A DNA stretch of 64,000 nt from the IMG/VR virus record IMGVR_UViG_3300033997_000243, positions 62,001 to 126,000 of that record, one strand, 5' to 3'. The notes below the pieces were generated by a model. That model made no database searches, was not told the DNA's origin, and was given only the letters and a program-made list of their open reading frames with translations. Positions 7,231 to 15,691 of this stretch are shown here, one piece after another; within the stretch, counting starts at the first letter, position 1; the number at the start of each line of letters is the position of its first letter. The translations under genes and the position numbers were made by a program.

Positions 7231-8931
7231 ATGAAAAAGCCGATTAAAGCCAAGGTTACGCCTGTGCATGATAAAAATGCAGCCAAGCCAAAAGCTAAGA
7301 AACCAGTTGTAATTCCGAATAGCATTAAGTATGCTGCGGAAAAATCGAAATCTCGTGTTGTGTTTGCTGTTCCAGGCCGTTACATTTTAAAAAATCGTCG
7401 TGCAACCTTCGCTATTGTGCGGATTGCAGATGACGTTAAAATGAGTCCAAGCGTAGCCACTAAAGTTTTCAAGGTTACTGCAAGTGATATGGATCTTACA
7501 CAAGAACAAATCTTTGCACTTGAGCCAATTGAAATGGATTCTTTGAGTGCTGCACCTGGTGCGAAAGTTTCTGGTCTTGACTCAAAGATGGGCAAGAAAA
7601 CACATGCACCAAATACCTTATCAAAAGGTTGGTGGGTTTTCCGTAAAGGTAATGACGGTAAAGTTGCAAAAGCTTTTGCTGGTGGCCGCATCAGTGGTCG
7701 TCGTATCTTATCTTTAATCGATCCTTCTCAAGCACCTAAGCCAAAAACTGAAGTGATTGACGAAACCAAAAAAGCTCCGGCCAAGAAAACTGGTGCTGAA
7801 TTAAAAGCAGCTGGTCAAATCAAAGCTTTGCAGACTGAGTTCAAAAAACTTGGTGGCGAACTTACTGCTGGCAAAGAACGCTTAACCACTTTACAACGTG
7901 CAACATCTAAAATTGCTTTGAAAGAAAAGCTGAAGAAAATAATTGCCCGTCGTAAAGAAATTTCTGCTGAGATTAAAGCTTTGAAATCTGGTGAACCTGC
8001 ACCAAAAATTAATCCTTCAGCTAAGGCTCCTGCCGTTAAGAAACCTGCTGCTACAGGAAAGATCACTAAGTCTGATATTAGTGCGTTACCTAAACGCCAA
8101 CAAACAGCTTATATGAATCTGAAGGAAAAAGGCACGGCTATTGTTCAGGCTATTAAAGCACTGAGAGAAAAGTTGACTAAGTTGAAAACAAAACCAGCTA
8201 AAGCCAAAGTAGAAGCTGAGATTGCTAAGCAAACAAAACTTCGTGATAAGGTTGTAAAAGCTTTAGCTGACTTCCATGAAAAAATTCGTAATGGAAGTGC
8301 AGGTCAGGTAGTTCCTGCTCATAAACAAAAACCTTCAAAATCACCTGAAGCTGGTAAAGCAGTTCCTCCTGCTAAAAAACCAAAGGCTGAGCCAGCATCT
8401 AAAGCTCCGGCAGCTAAGCCAAAAGCTACGGTTCCAAATGCTGAAGTAAAACAGGCCAAACAAGAAGTTAAAAAGTTGGATCAAGAAATTGATCGTGACG
8501 TTCAAACAATAGATCGTTTGAAAGACATGCTTGAAAAAACAAAAGACGTTAATCGTCGTAAAAAACTTCAGGCCAGCATTGATGGTCTTAACAAGCGTAT
8601 TGATTTAAAAGCTCGTAAGCAAAGTGGTGCGAATAGCGTACTGCAATCAAAAAGCAGTGAGCAAATTTACTTCCCTACTTACTCAGCTGCCGTTCAACAT
8701 GCCGTCGATGGTTTAGCTTCAAAAGGATTAGCCTACGAAGCTGCCGATTTTGAACGCATCGTCACACATGGAACAGCAAAACCTGCTGCTGGTAAAACAA
8801 CTCGCTTTGTGTTGCCAATTAAATCTAAAGGCGGCTTGATCAGTAAGAGCGCTAAAGGTTTAACTGTTGCTGTTTATCATGCAGATGATCGCACTCAAAA
8901 TCCATTTGAATTAACTCACTACGTTTCTTGA
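7231..8931 (+). CDS. Large Lys/Ala/Pro-rich (histone H1-like composition) putative DNA-condensing head protein; paralog of 8964
   Basis: SD AAGGA before ATG 7231; PAKK/PAAK repeats, coiled coils; N-terminal ~150 aa align with 8964. Confidence 0.7.
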   Translation: MKKPIKAKVTPVHDKNAAKPKAKKPVVIPNSIKYAAEKSKSRVVFAVPGRYILKNRRATFAIVRIADDVKMSPSVATKVFKVTASDMDLTQEQIFALEPIEMDSLSAAPGAKVSGLDSKMGKKTHAPNTLSKGWWVFRKGNDGKVAKAFAGGRISGRRILSLIDPSQAPKPKTEVIDETKKAPAKKTGAELKAAGQIKALQTEFKKLGGELTAGKERLTTLQRATSKIALKEKLKKIIARRKEISAEIKALKSGEPAPKINPSAKAPAVKKPAATGKITKSDISALPKRQQTAYMNLKEKGTAIVQAIKALREKLTKLKTKPAKAKVEAEIAKQTKLRDKVVKALADFHEKIRNGSAGQVVPAHKQKPSKSPEAGKAVPPAKKPKAEPASKAPAAKPKATVPNAEVKQAKQEVKKLDQEIDRDVQTIDRLKDMLEKTKDVNRRKKLQASIDGLNKRIDLKARKQSGANSVLQSKSSEQIYFPTYSAAVQHAVDGLASKGLAYEAADFERIVTHGTAKPAAGKTTRFVLPIKSKGGLISKSAKGLTVAVYHADDRTQNPFELTHYVS

Positions 8932-8934
8932 TAA

Positions 8935-8952
8935 AATGGGCTTCGGCCCATT
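8935..8952 (+). terminator. UUCG-tetraloop hairpin (probable terminator)
   Basis: AATGGGC-TTCG-GCCCATT; weak U tract. Confidence 0.55.
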
Positions 8953-8963
8953 AAGGAAAAACA

Positions 8964-10007
8964 ATGATTATCTCGTTGAGCGTTTCGGCAAAGAAGCCAG
9001 CCGTGCCGAACAGTGTTCAGTATGTTTTGGAACAAGCTAAAGGCCGTTTAGTTTTTGCGGAATCAGGACGTTATGTTTTCAAAACAAGACAAGGCGATTT
9101 TGCTTTAGCCCGTTTCAAAGACGAAACTAAATTTTCACCATCTATGAATGTGAAAATGTTTAGCAATAAAATGGTTTCTAAATCGGAAGATTTCAATGTA
9201 AGTACAGAAGCTTACTCTGAACCTGAAGATGAATTGCAAGCAGAAGCGGCAGCTAAAGCACCTGGTGCAAAAAATAATGCAGCCTCTACAAAGATGGGCG
9301 TTAAAAAACGTGCTCCTGGAATGATGGCTCCAGGTTGGTGGCTTTTCCATAAAGACGGCGGTAAGGTTACTCGTCAGTATGTTGGCCCACGTTTAAGCGG
9401 AAGAAAATTACTTTCTCTTGTTAAGTCTGAGAGCCAATCTAATAATGGTAAGCCTGATACAAAAGAAACCAAACATGATATTGGAGACAATACTCCGGTT
9501 AAAGTATCTAAAGTAAGTGAACTTTATGTTCCAACAAAAGATCCTGTTAATGACGCAATCAAAGTATGGAAAGCCTTGGACAAAAAACTTGAGTCCGAAG
9601 GTATTCCAACAAAAGAAACTTTAGCTGCTGTTGATGCTGCTATAGCTAAAATGCAAAAGATGTACGATGTTTTAACTTCACCTGAAAACAAAAGCAAACA
9701 TTTAGGTGACAGTATTGAACTTAACTACTACCTGAAAGACCTGAAATCTATAAGATCTGAAATGGCTAAAAAACCAAAATTAGATGAAGCAAATAAAAAA
9801 ACGCTTGCTTTATTTATGAAGGCTAAAGATGATGGTCACGGAAACATTCAAGTAAATTTTGGTGAAGAAGCAAAAGCAAAAGCAGCTAAAACTTTAATGT
9901 CAAGCTTAGGTATTTTAGCTTACACTACAGGAATGAATAGAAGATACGTCAATATTGGCAAACCTGGACATAAAAAGCTTAGAGCAATTATGAAGCAATT
10001 GTCTTAA
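8964..10007 (+). CDS. Basic hypothetical protein with leader; paralog of 7231
   Basis: Starts MIISLSVSA; shares PNS..Y.....K.R.VFA..GRY and APGAK..KMG..GWW.F.K..GKV blocks with 7231. Confidence 0.8.
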   Translation: MIISLSVSAKKPAVPNSVQYVLEQAKGRLVFAESGRYVFKTRQGDFALARFKDETKFSPSMNVKMFSNKMVSKSEDFNVSTEAYSEPEDELQAEAAAKAPGAKNNAASTKMGVKKRAPGMMAPGWWLFHKDGGKVTRQYVGPRLSGRKLLSLVKSESQSNNGKPDTKETKHDIGDNTPVKVSKVSELYVPTKDPVNDAIKVWKALDKKLESEGIPTKETLAAVDAAIAKMQKMYDVLTSPENKSKHLGDSIELNYYLKDLKSIRSEMAKKPKLDEANKKTLALFMKAKDDGHGNIQVNFGEEAKAKAAKTLMSSLGILAYTTGMNRRYVNIGKPGHKKLRAIMKQLS

Positions 10008-10012
10008 ACCAA

Positions 10013-10056
10013 CGAAAATCGACTTAAATTTATTTTCTATTTTTTGTCGATTTTCG
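10013..10056 (+). terminator. Inverted repeat / probable terminator
   Basis: CGAAAATCGAC / GTCGATTTTCG 11-bp stem with a 22-nt AT-rich loop. Confidence 0.55.
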
Positions 10057-10078
10057 TGCTGTTCTTAGTTGTAAAACT

Positions 10079-10085
10079 TAATTTA
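10079..10085 (+). promoter_or_regulatory. Candidate late promoter core TAATTTA
   Basis: Upstream of the scaffold-capsid operon. Confidence 0.35.
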
Positions 10086-10135
10086 ATGGTATACGGAATG
10101 ACACTCTGTATATGAACTTTAACAGGAGCCACACG

Positions 10136-12469
10136 ATGATCAAGACAAAAATGAAAGCCTCAAAACAGGCTATCATAGTTCATGGCGCAAGTGAGGCAGA
10201 GGCTATCGCTAAATATACAGCTGTTGCTTCTGGAGAAAGCCTTCAAGCTTTCACAGACGGTACAAATGAGTTTTATACTCATGCGTCAGCAACATCTTTA
10301 TATAATCCAGACACAGGAGATTTTGATCTTGATGCTTTGGACAATGGTGAATTTTCTGCTGAAGCCAGCGCTCGTACTGGAGCCGTAGATGTTTTCTACG
10401 GCGTATGTTCTGATGGTTGCGGTGAGCATGTTGTTGCTGACTGCCCTGTCACTTTCTGTCCTTCATGTTCAAGCGCTATGCCTGAAGAAGATGAAGGAGT
10501 CGATTTATCAGATGATGAAGATCTGGTATCGATGGAAGATGAAGAACCGGAAGAAGAAACTGAAGAAGAAATGGATGATGTTGAATACGAAGATTTAGAA
10601 GCTGAAGCTTCTGAAGGCATGATTGTAGTTTCAGGTGATAACTTAGATGAAGCACTTGAAAACTTCCGTGCCGTAGCTTCAAATCAAAGTCAACGTGTTA
10701 TTACTTCAGGCCATTCGGTTTTTGTAACTCATGCCAGTGATTCATTTGATTATGATCCATTAACCGGATCGCCAGACATCGAAGAAGCTGAAGCCTCTGA
10801 AATTACTATGCAGAGTGAAAGTTCTGACGGTAGCGACAACGTAGAAGCTGAACATTATATTTGTTCAGATGTTGACGGTTGTGGCGCACACGTAATCAGT
10901 ACCTCAAGTTCTGTATTGAACTGTCCTCGTTGTGCCAGCGGTTTGTTAGATCCGGCTGATTTCCATTCACACTCAGAAGATGATTCTGAAGATGAAGAAC
11001 TGGAAGCACTGTCGGCTGAAATCGAAGAACTGGAAAACGAATTAGGTATCTCAAGCGAAAGCGCTGACGAAGAGTTAGATGCTGAAATCGCTGCGTTACT
11101 TGCTGAATCAGGTGACGAAGAAGAAACCGAAGAAGAGGAAGAAATGGAGGAAGTTAATTATGACGACCTCGAAGCAGATCTTGCCTCTGATTTAGAATTC
11201 GAAGAAGAACTGGAATCTGAAAGTTCTGACAGCGATCTGGATGAAGATTTAGATCCAGATGCTGAAGAAGATTTATCAAGCGATGACATTCTTGAATCAG
11301 AATCTTATGATGAAAACGACGAGTTTGAATCTGTAAGTGCTGACGAAGATGAAGAGTATGATTTAGATGCTCTTGATCAAGAAATGTCTGCTTTAGATTC
11401 AGACGATATGGAATCAGAAAGTTCTGATGACATTGAATTGGATTCCGACATTGCCGCACTTCTGGCCGAATCAGAAGATGAAGAAATGGAAGATGACGAA
11501 ACTGAAGAAGAGTCCATTGAAATGGATGAATCTGAAGAAGAATCTGAAGAAGAAATCGAAGATACTGAATTAGATGACGAAGGTGACTACGGTGACATCG
11601 AAGGTCTGGATTTAGAATCAGAAAGTTCTGAATCTCCTGTAATGGAATTCGACGTCGATTTGTTATCTGCAATTTCTGCAACGGAAGATTTATCTGTTGA
11701 TAAATTCCATGTTGCTCACTGCGGTAAAATTGAAGGTCAATCAACTTGGACAGCATTCTATGGAAAACTTCCTGTAGCTATGGCGTCTGAGTCAAGTGTC
11801 GCTGATAAAGCTGCACTGAAAGATATTTTTGAAAGCGCTAAATTCGGTTCCGCTATCATGGCTCATGCGAAAGCTGAAGGCATTGAAAGTGCATTAGCTG
11901 AATTTAACTTTGAACGTATCAGTCCAGACCTTGATGTTGATGCTGTTGTGTCTAACGAAATCATTAAACGCAGCGAAAGCCGTGTTCGTGAAGTCGAGAC
12001 ACAAATGCAATCATACTCTGCAAATGTTCAAGCTGAAATAAATGCAGATATGGAACATCGTATGGATCGTTTAATGTCAGCATTAGCTACTTCGGCTTTA
12101 GGCATTAACCGTCATGTTTTTGCAAATGTAAGAAACCCAGTTGCTGATGCTCTGATTAGTGCATTATCTTCTGCTGGAGTTCGTAACGCTGACTCATTGG
12201 TTTCAGATGCTTTTGCTCAACACGGTGATCGTTACAGCGAAATCCTTTTAGGTCAAGCTCGTGAACTTCTGGAAAAATCAGAAGATACTCAAGACGAAAT
12301 TACACAACTTGTAGTTTCTGCTTCTGTGAATCGCGGTGGCTTAACAAGTGAAAGTAATACAGTGGAAGATCGTTTGTCTAACTTAACCACGGTTAAGCCT
12401 CAAACTCTTCAATCTGAATCTGCTCACAAACCACAAACAAATCGTTACCTGAGTCTTTTAGATTCGTAA
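10136..12469 (+). CDS. Prohead scaffold/core protein, extremely acidic, with two Cys4 zinc-ribbon modules
   Basis: Directly upstream of the decoration and capsid genes; long D/E tracts; CSDGCG...CPSC and CSDVDGCG...CPRC; SD CAGGAG before ATG 10136. Confidence 0.75.
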   Translation: MIKTKMKASKQAIIVHGASEAEAIAKYTAVASGESLQAFTDGTNEFYTHASATSLYNPDTGDFDLDALDNGEFSAEASARTGAVDVFYGVCSDGCGEHVVADCPVTFCPSCSSAMPEEDEGVDLSDDEDLVSMEDEEPEEETEEEMDDVEYEDLEAEASEGMIVVSGDNLDEALENFRAVASNQSQRVITSGHSVFVTHASDSFDYDPLTGSPDIEEAEASEITMQSESSDGSDNVEAEHYICSDVDGCGAHVISTSSSVLNCPRCASGLLDPADFHSHSEDDSEDEELEALSAEIEELENELGISSESADEELDAEIAALLAESGDEEETEEEEEMEEVNYDDLEADLASDLEFEEELESESSDSDLDEDLDPDAEEDLSSDDILESESYDENDEFESVSADEDEEYDLDALDQEMSALDSDDMESESSDDIELDSDIAALLAESEDEEMEDDETEEESIEMDESEEESEEEIEDTELDDEGDYGDIEGLDLESESSESPVMEFDVDLLSAISATEDLSVDKFHVAHCGKIEGQSTWTAFYGKLPVAMASESSVADKAALKDIFESAKFGSAIMAHAKAEGIESALAEFNFERISPDLDVDAVVSNEIIKRSESRVREVETQMQSYSANVQAEINADMEHRMDRLMSALATSALGINRHVFANVRNPVADALISALSSAGVRNADSLVSDAFAQHGDRYSEILLGQARELLEKSEDTQDEITQLVVSASVNRGGLTSESNTVEDRLSNLTTVKPQTLQSESAHKPQTNRYLSLLDS

Positions 12470-12503
12470 CGGCTTTGAAATTTTTCAGTTCTGGAGATAA
12501 ACC

Positions 12504-13205
12504 ATGCTTAACTATGCAAATACTCGTTTCTTCAAGACCGTTGACCGCGTTCTGGCCGACGGCGTTGGTATCAAAGAAGAAGGTTTCACTTTAGCTTTAG
12601 TTCAGGAAGAAGGTGAGTTACGTGCTCGTCTTTCAACTGGCGTTTCTGGTGAAATTTTTGGTGGCTTCGCTTGTTCAACAAACCTGCCAACAACTTTCTC
12701 AACTAAAGTTGTTGAAATTGCTGAACTGGATGATTTGACTGTTCAGTTAGATCGTACTCCACAATCTGCACAGATTCTGGTTAAAGTTGCTGGCGTTAAA
12801 TTAACTGTTGAAACTGGCACAGCTGCACCAACTGCTGATACTTCAGTTGTTCTGACTCCAGCCAACACTTTACTGTTCCACGGTAATGCTGCTGGCGAAT
12901 CAGTATTAATTCAGTATCATTATGAACTGTTAGCTTCTGAAGCAGTTGCTGAAACTGGCGATTACTTCGGTGGTGTAGGTAACAGTCCGGCTTCTGTTAT
13001 GGGTGTAGTTGGTGCTGTAATCGAAGGCACAATCTCTACAAACTTGTTCTTTGCTTCTGACGACTGGACTGGTGTTATCCATCCGAAGATGGGCGCTGGC
13101 GGTATGTTACGTGCTTCAGGTAATGGTACAGAATTAACGAATGTTAAAGTTGTACAAGTGCCGAACGCTGGTTCACCTTTCCTGACAGTTGAAGTTGGTA
13201 ACTAA
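12504..13205 (+). CDS. Head decoration/cement-like structural protein
   Basis: Lies between scaffold and capsid gene; highly-expressed codon usage; beta-rich; SD GGAG. Confidence 0.6.
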   Translation: MLNYANTRFFKTVDRVLADGVGIKEEGFTLALVQEEGELRARLSTGVSGEIFGGFACSTNLPTTFSTKVVEIAELDDLTVQLDRTPQSAQILVKVAGVKLTVETGTAAPTADTSVVLTPANTLLFHGNAAGESVLIQYHYELLASEAVAETGDYFGGVGNSPASVMGVVGAVIEGTISTNLFFASDDWTGVIHPKMGAGGMLRASGNGTELTNVKVVQVPNAGSPFLTVEVGN

Positions 13206-13252
13206 TAGTTACTGATTAAAACTTGAATCAAATTTTTGTGGAGAAATACAGT

Positions 13253-14347
13253 ATGAAAACCAATTTACAAGTCGGCGCTTCTTATCAACTGAAGAACGGC
13301 GCACCTTTGCACGATCTTCGTTTTGCCGGACAAGGTATGGCTGCACTTTCATCTAACGGTGAAATTAACGCATCAAGCAATGCAGATCTGTTAAAACAAA
13401 TTGGCCAACTTTTACAATCAGTATCAAGCGGTACTGTTGTTCAAGCTGCAACGCCTGATTCTTTCCTGTCATTATCTGCCGAGCAGAAACGTGATATTTT
13501 AGTTGCCGCAAAAGCATGTCCTAATAAGTGGGCTGCTTTAGGTGCTCACATTGCTGCTGACGTTCGTGAACAAGCAAGTCGTCAAGGTTTTTCACGCAAT
13601 CTGTGTGTGATCAATAACCTGAAGCAAGGTGAAACTCAAAAAGTTCCAATGCCTCGCCATCAAGCTAAAGCCGTTTTAGCTACTGGCCCAACTTCAATTT
13701 CTTACCAAATGATGCGTGATAAATATTTCACGCCACCAGAGTTTGAATTGAAAGCTGCTGTTCGCGTGAACAAACTGGATTTGGGTCAAGCGACTCACGA
13801 TCTGTTAGACCACGCTTACAACGATGCTGTTGAAGGTATGATCACTGCTGCTGACCGCGTGTGGAAACGTGCTGCTGATGCAACTGTAGGTAAAGCAAAT
13901 ACTTTAGCTGCTTTCGCTGGTGCATTTACTCCTGCCGTTATCGCTCGTGCTTCAACACAAATTCGTGATTGGAACTTACCAGTAAGTCGCGCTGTTATCG
14001 CAAACAGTTTTTGGGAAGATATTCAATCTGAAGGTGCCTGGGCCAATACACTGACTCCAGTATCTCAGTACGAATTAGTTATGACTGGCCGTGTTGCAAC
14101 TATCTTCGGTCTGGAATTAACTACTGACGGTTTCCGTCCTGAAAACCAACGTGTTCTGTCTCGCGGTGAAGCGTACATTGTTGCTGATAATGAATATCAC
14201 GCAACTTTAGGTTCTCGCGGTGGCATTGAATCTACTCCGACCGATGGTGCAAACCAAGGCGATACAACTAAGGGCTGGTTACTGTCAGAGGTTATGTCTC
14301 TGATAATTCCAAATACTCGCTCTGTAGTTAAAATGCAAAAGCTGTAA
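13253..14347 (+). CDS. Major capsid protein (HK97 fold)
   Basis: Start moved to ATG 13253 (SD GGAG); SRQGFSRNL..L.QG...P, ATGPT...FTPPEF, AADRVWK and TG.V.TIFG.EL.TDGFR motifs recalled from PaBG/Y3-type jumbo MCPs; position. Confidence 0.85.
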   Translation: MKTNLQVGASYQLKNGAPLHDLRFAGQGMAALSSNGEINASSNADLLKQIGQLLQSVSSGTVVQAATPDSFLSLSAEQKRDILVAAKACPNKWAALGAHIAADVREQASRQGFSRNLCVINNLKQGETQKVPMPRHQAKAVLATGPTSISYQMMRDKYFTPPEFELKAAVRVNKLDLGQATHDLLDHAYNDAVEGMITAADRVWKRAADATVGKANTLAAFAGAFTPAVIARASTQIRDWNLPVSRAVIANSFWEDIQSEGAWANTLTPVSQYELVMTGRVATIFGLELTTDGFRPENQRVLSRGEAYIVADNEYHATLGSRGGIESTPTDGANQGDTTKGWLLSEVMSLIIPNTRSVVKMQKL

Positions 14348-14350
14348 GAA

Positions 14351-14515
14351 ATTAGGTTACAAGCTAACTTTGAATGTTCGCCATGTGGCAATTGCTCTCC
14401 AGCCATTCAATTAGCCTAATCTTCGATTGAGGGTGCAGGTGTTAGCTGATTTGCTAGGCCATAGAAAACCTCTCACTTTTCTATGAAGTAGCTTAGTAAA
14501 GTAATCGTGACGCAC
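14351..14515 (+). ncRNA. Candidate structured RNA in the capsid mRNA 3' region
   Basis: Stems TTGAATG/CATTCAA, GCTAA/TTAGC, ATTAG/CTAAT, CATAGAAAA/TTTTCTATG; possible pseudoknot TGAGGG/CTCTCA. Confidence 0.4.
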
Positions 14516-14518
14516 AGG

Positions 14519-14552
14519 AACCCGTATCGAGGCAACTTGGTACGGGTTTTCT
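14519..14552 (+). terminator. Strong intrinsic terminator (GNRA loop)
   Basis: AACCCGTATCGAG-GCAA-CTTGGTACGGGTT followed by TTCT. Confidence 0.85.
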
Positions 14553-14573
14553 CATTTCTAAGGTGGATTCACA

Positions 14574-15260
14574 ATGACTGGTTACGTACAAATTGCAGAT
14601 GAAGATCTTGATGGTTATAGCGGAACATTAGTTGGTGTATCTGCTTTCGCCCAAAAACTAATTCAAATTTTTAAATTCGAGCATGTTCCATTAGTTTTAG
14701 ATGACGATTGGAAAGGTGCGTTGAAAAAAGTTCATGGCATTGCCAACAACATAGAATCAAAACTTCCTGATCCCTATTGTTATTTAAAAATAACTAATCT
14801 TGGGTTAAGAGAAGGCGCACACAACGCAAAAGGTATTGCGAGATTTGGCTCTGGTTACAATATAAGTGGGGAAGAAACAGGAGATCTTAGTAATTCTCTT
14901 GTTGAAAAGAACTATCACTTTTGGGCCGATGTTCAAATTGAGCTATGTGTGGGCTTTAGAGAATTTCAAAAGTTTTTTGCTTTTTGCGAAAAACTAAGTA
15001 TCGCCATTAAGTCTGGTGGTTTTTCTTGCTTTCCGGTTGTCAATGGAAACAAATGGTCAGTAACTATAGATCAGTCTGCGTCATCTATTCCAATTCAATC
15101 TGCGACAAAAGATGATCCTTCTAACCCAAACTGGTTTATTTTAAATCACGCACTTACAATTTGGACACAATTTGGCGTTAGCGTTGAAGTTCCTAAACTT
15201 AATAACGAAGGTATTGTAACAACAAATATAAGGGCGGAACGTCAACATGGCAGGAATTAA
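14574..15260 (+). CDS. Putative neck/tail-completion protein
   Basis: Position between capsid and sheath genes; no diagnostic motif. Confidence 0.45.
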   Translation: MTGYVQIADEDLDGYSGTLVGVSAFAQKLIQIFKFEHVPLVLDDDWKGALKKVHGIANNIESKLPDPYCYLKITNLGLREGAHNAKGIARFGSGYNISGEETGDLSNSLVEKNYHFWADVQIELCVGFREFQKFFAFCEKLSIAIKSGGFSCFPVVNGNKWSVTIDQSASSIPIQSATKDDPSNPNWFILNHALTIWTQFGVSVEVPKLNNEGIVTTNIRAERQHGRN

Positions 15261-15630
15261 TAGATACAGACAAGTTGGTCGTACACTAACAACTTCCGTT
15301 GTTGTTACTTCAACAACGGCTAAGACTCGTGAAACTAAAATTTCAGGAGACACAAGTGTTCACTTAGGAGAAGCAGATCGTTTGCAAGAAGTTGAGTTGG
15401 CTGTTTCTGAGACTCAAGAATATGAACTTCCAATAAACTCTATAAATAAAGTTCTGATAATCACATCGGCACATCGTTTCCGTTTAATGTTTAGAAGTTC
15501 TGTTGTAGACGATTATGTTTTGCTTTCTGTGTGCGATAAACAATTTATCCTGAACGGAAATTTTATAGGGCAGTTAAAATTGGTTGGTGATTACACTGAA
15601 CCTACGGCCTGTAAAATTGTATTCGCTTAG
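15247..15630 (+). CDS. Hypothetical structural protein
   Basis: Coupled ORF in the structural operon. Confidence 0.6.
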   Translation: MAGINRYRQVGRTLTTSVVVTSTTAKTRETKISGDTSVHLGEADRLQEVELAVSETQEYELPINSINKVLIITSAHRFRLMFRSSVVDDYVLLSVCDKQFILNGNFIGQLKLVGDYTEPTACKIVFA

Positions 15631-15651
15631 GCTATAGTTGCAAATAGTAGA

Positions 15652-15658
15652 TAATTTA
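15652..15658 (+). promoter_or_regulatory. Candidate late promoter core TAATTTA
   Basis: Intergenic, upstream of the sheath gene. Confidence 0.35.
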
Positions 15659-15691
15659 TAATAGATCCCAAAAAACTTAGGAGTCACCCGT

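Noticed and set aside
1049-8990. Leaders as Sec/lipoprotein signal peptides or as a DNA repeat
   Set aside because: The hydrophobic stretch is only 4-6 residues, there is no lipobox, and synonymous codons differ freely
10182-11756. Alternative-frame and antisense ORFs over the scaffold (10182, 10389, 10396, 10476, 11154)
   Set aside because: Shadow ORFs produced by the GAA/GAT-rich acidic coding sequence
14355-14365. GGUUACAAGC resembling twister ribozyme loop L4
   Set aside because: P4 cannot form in the twister register and no GA-GUA T2 partner was found
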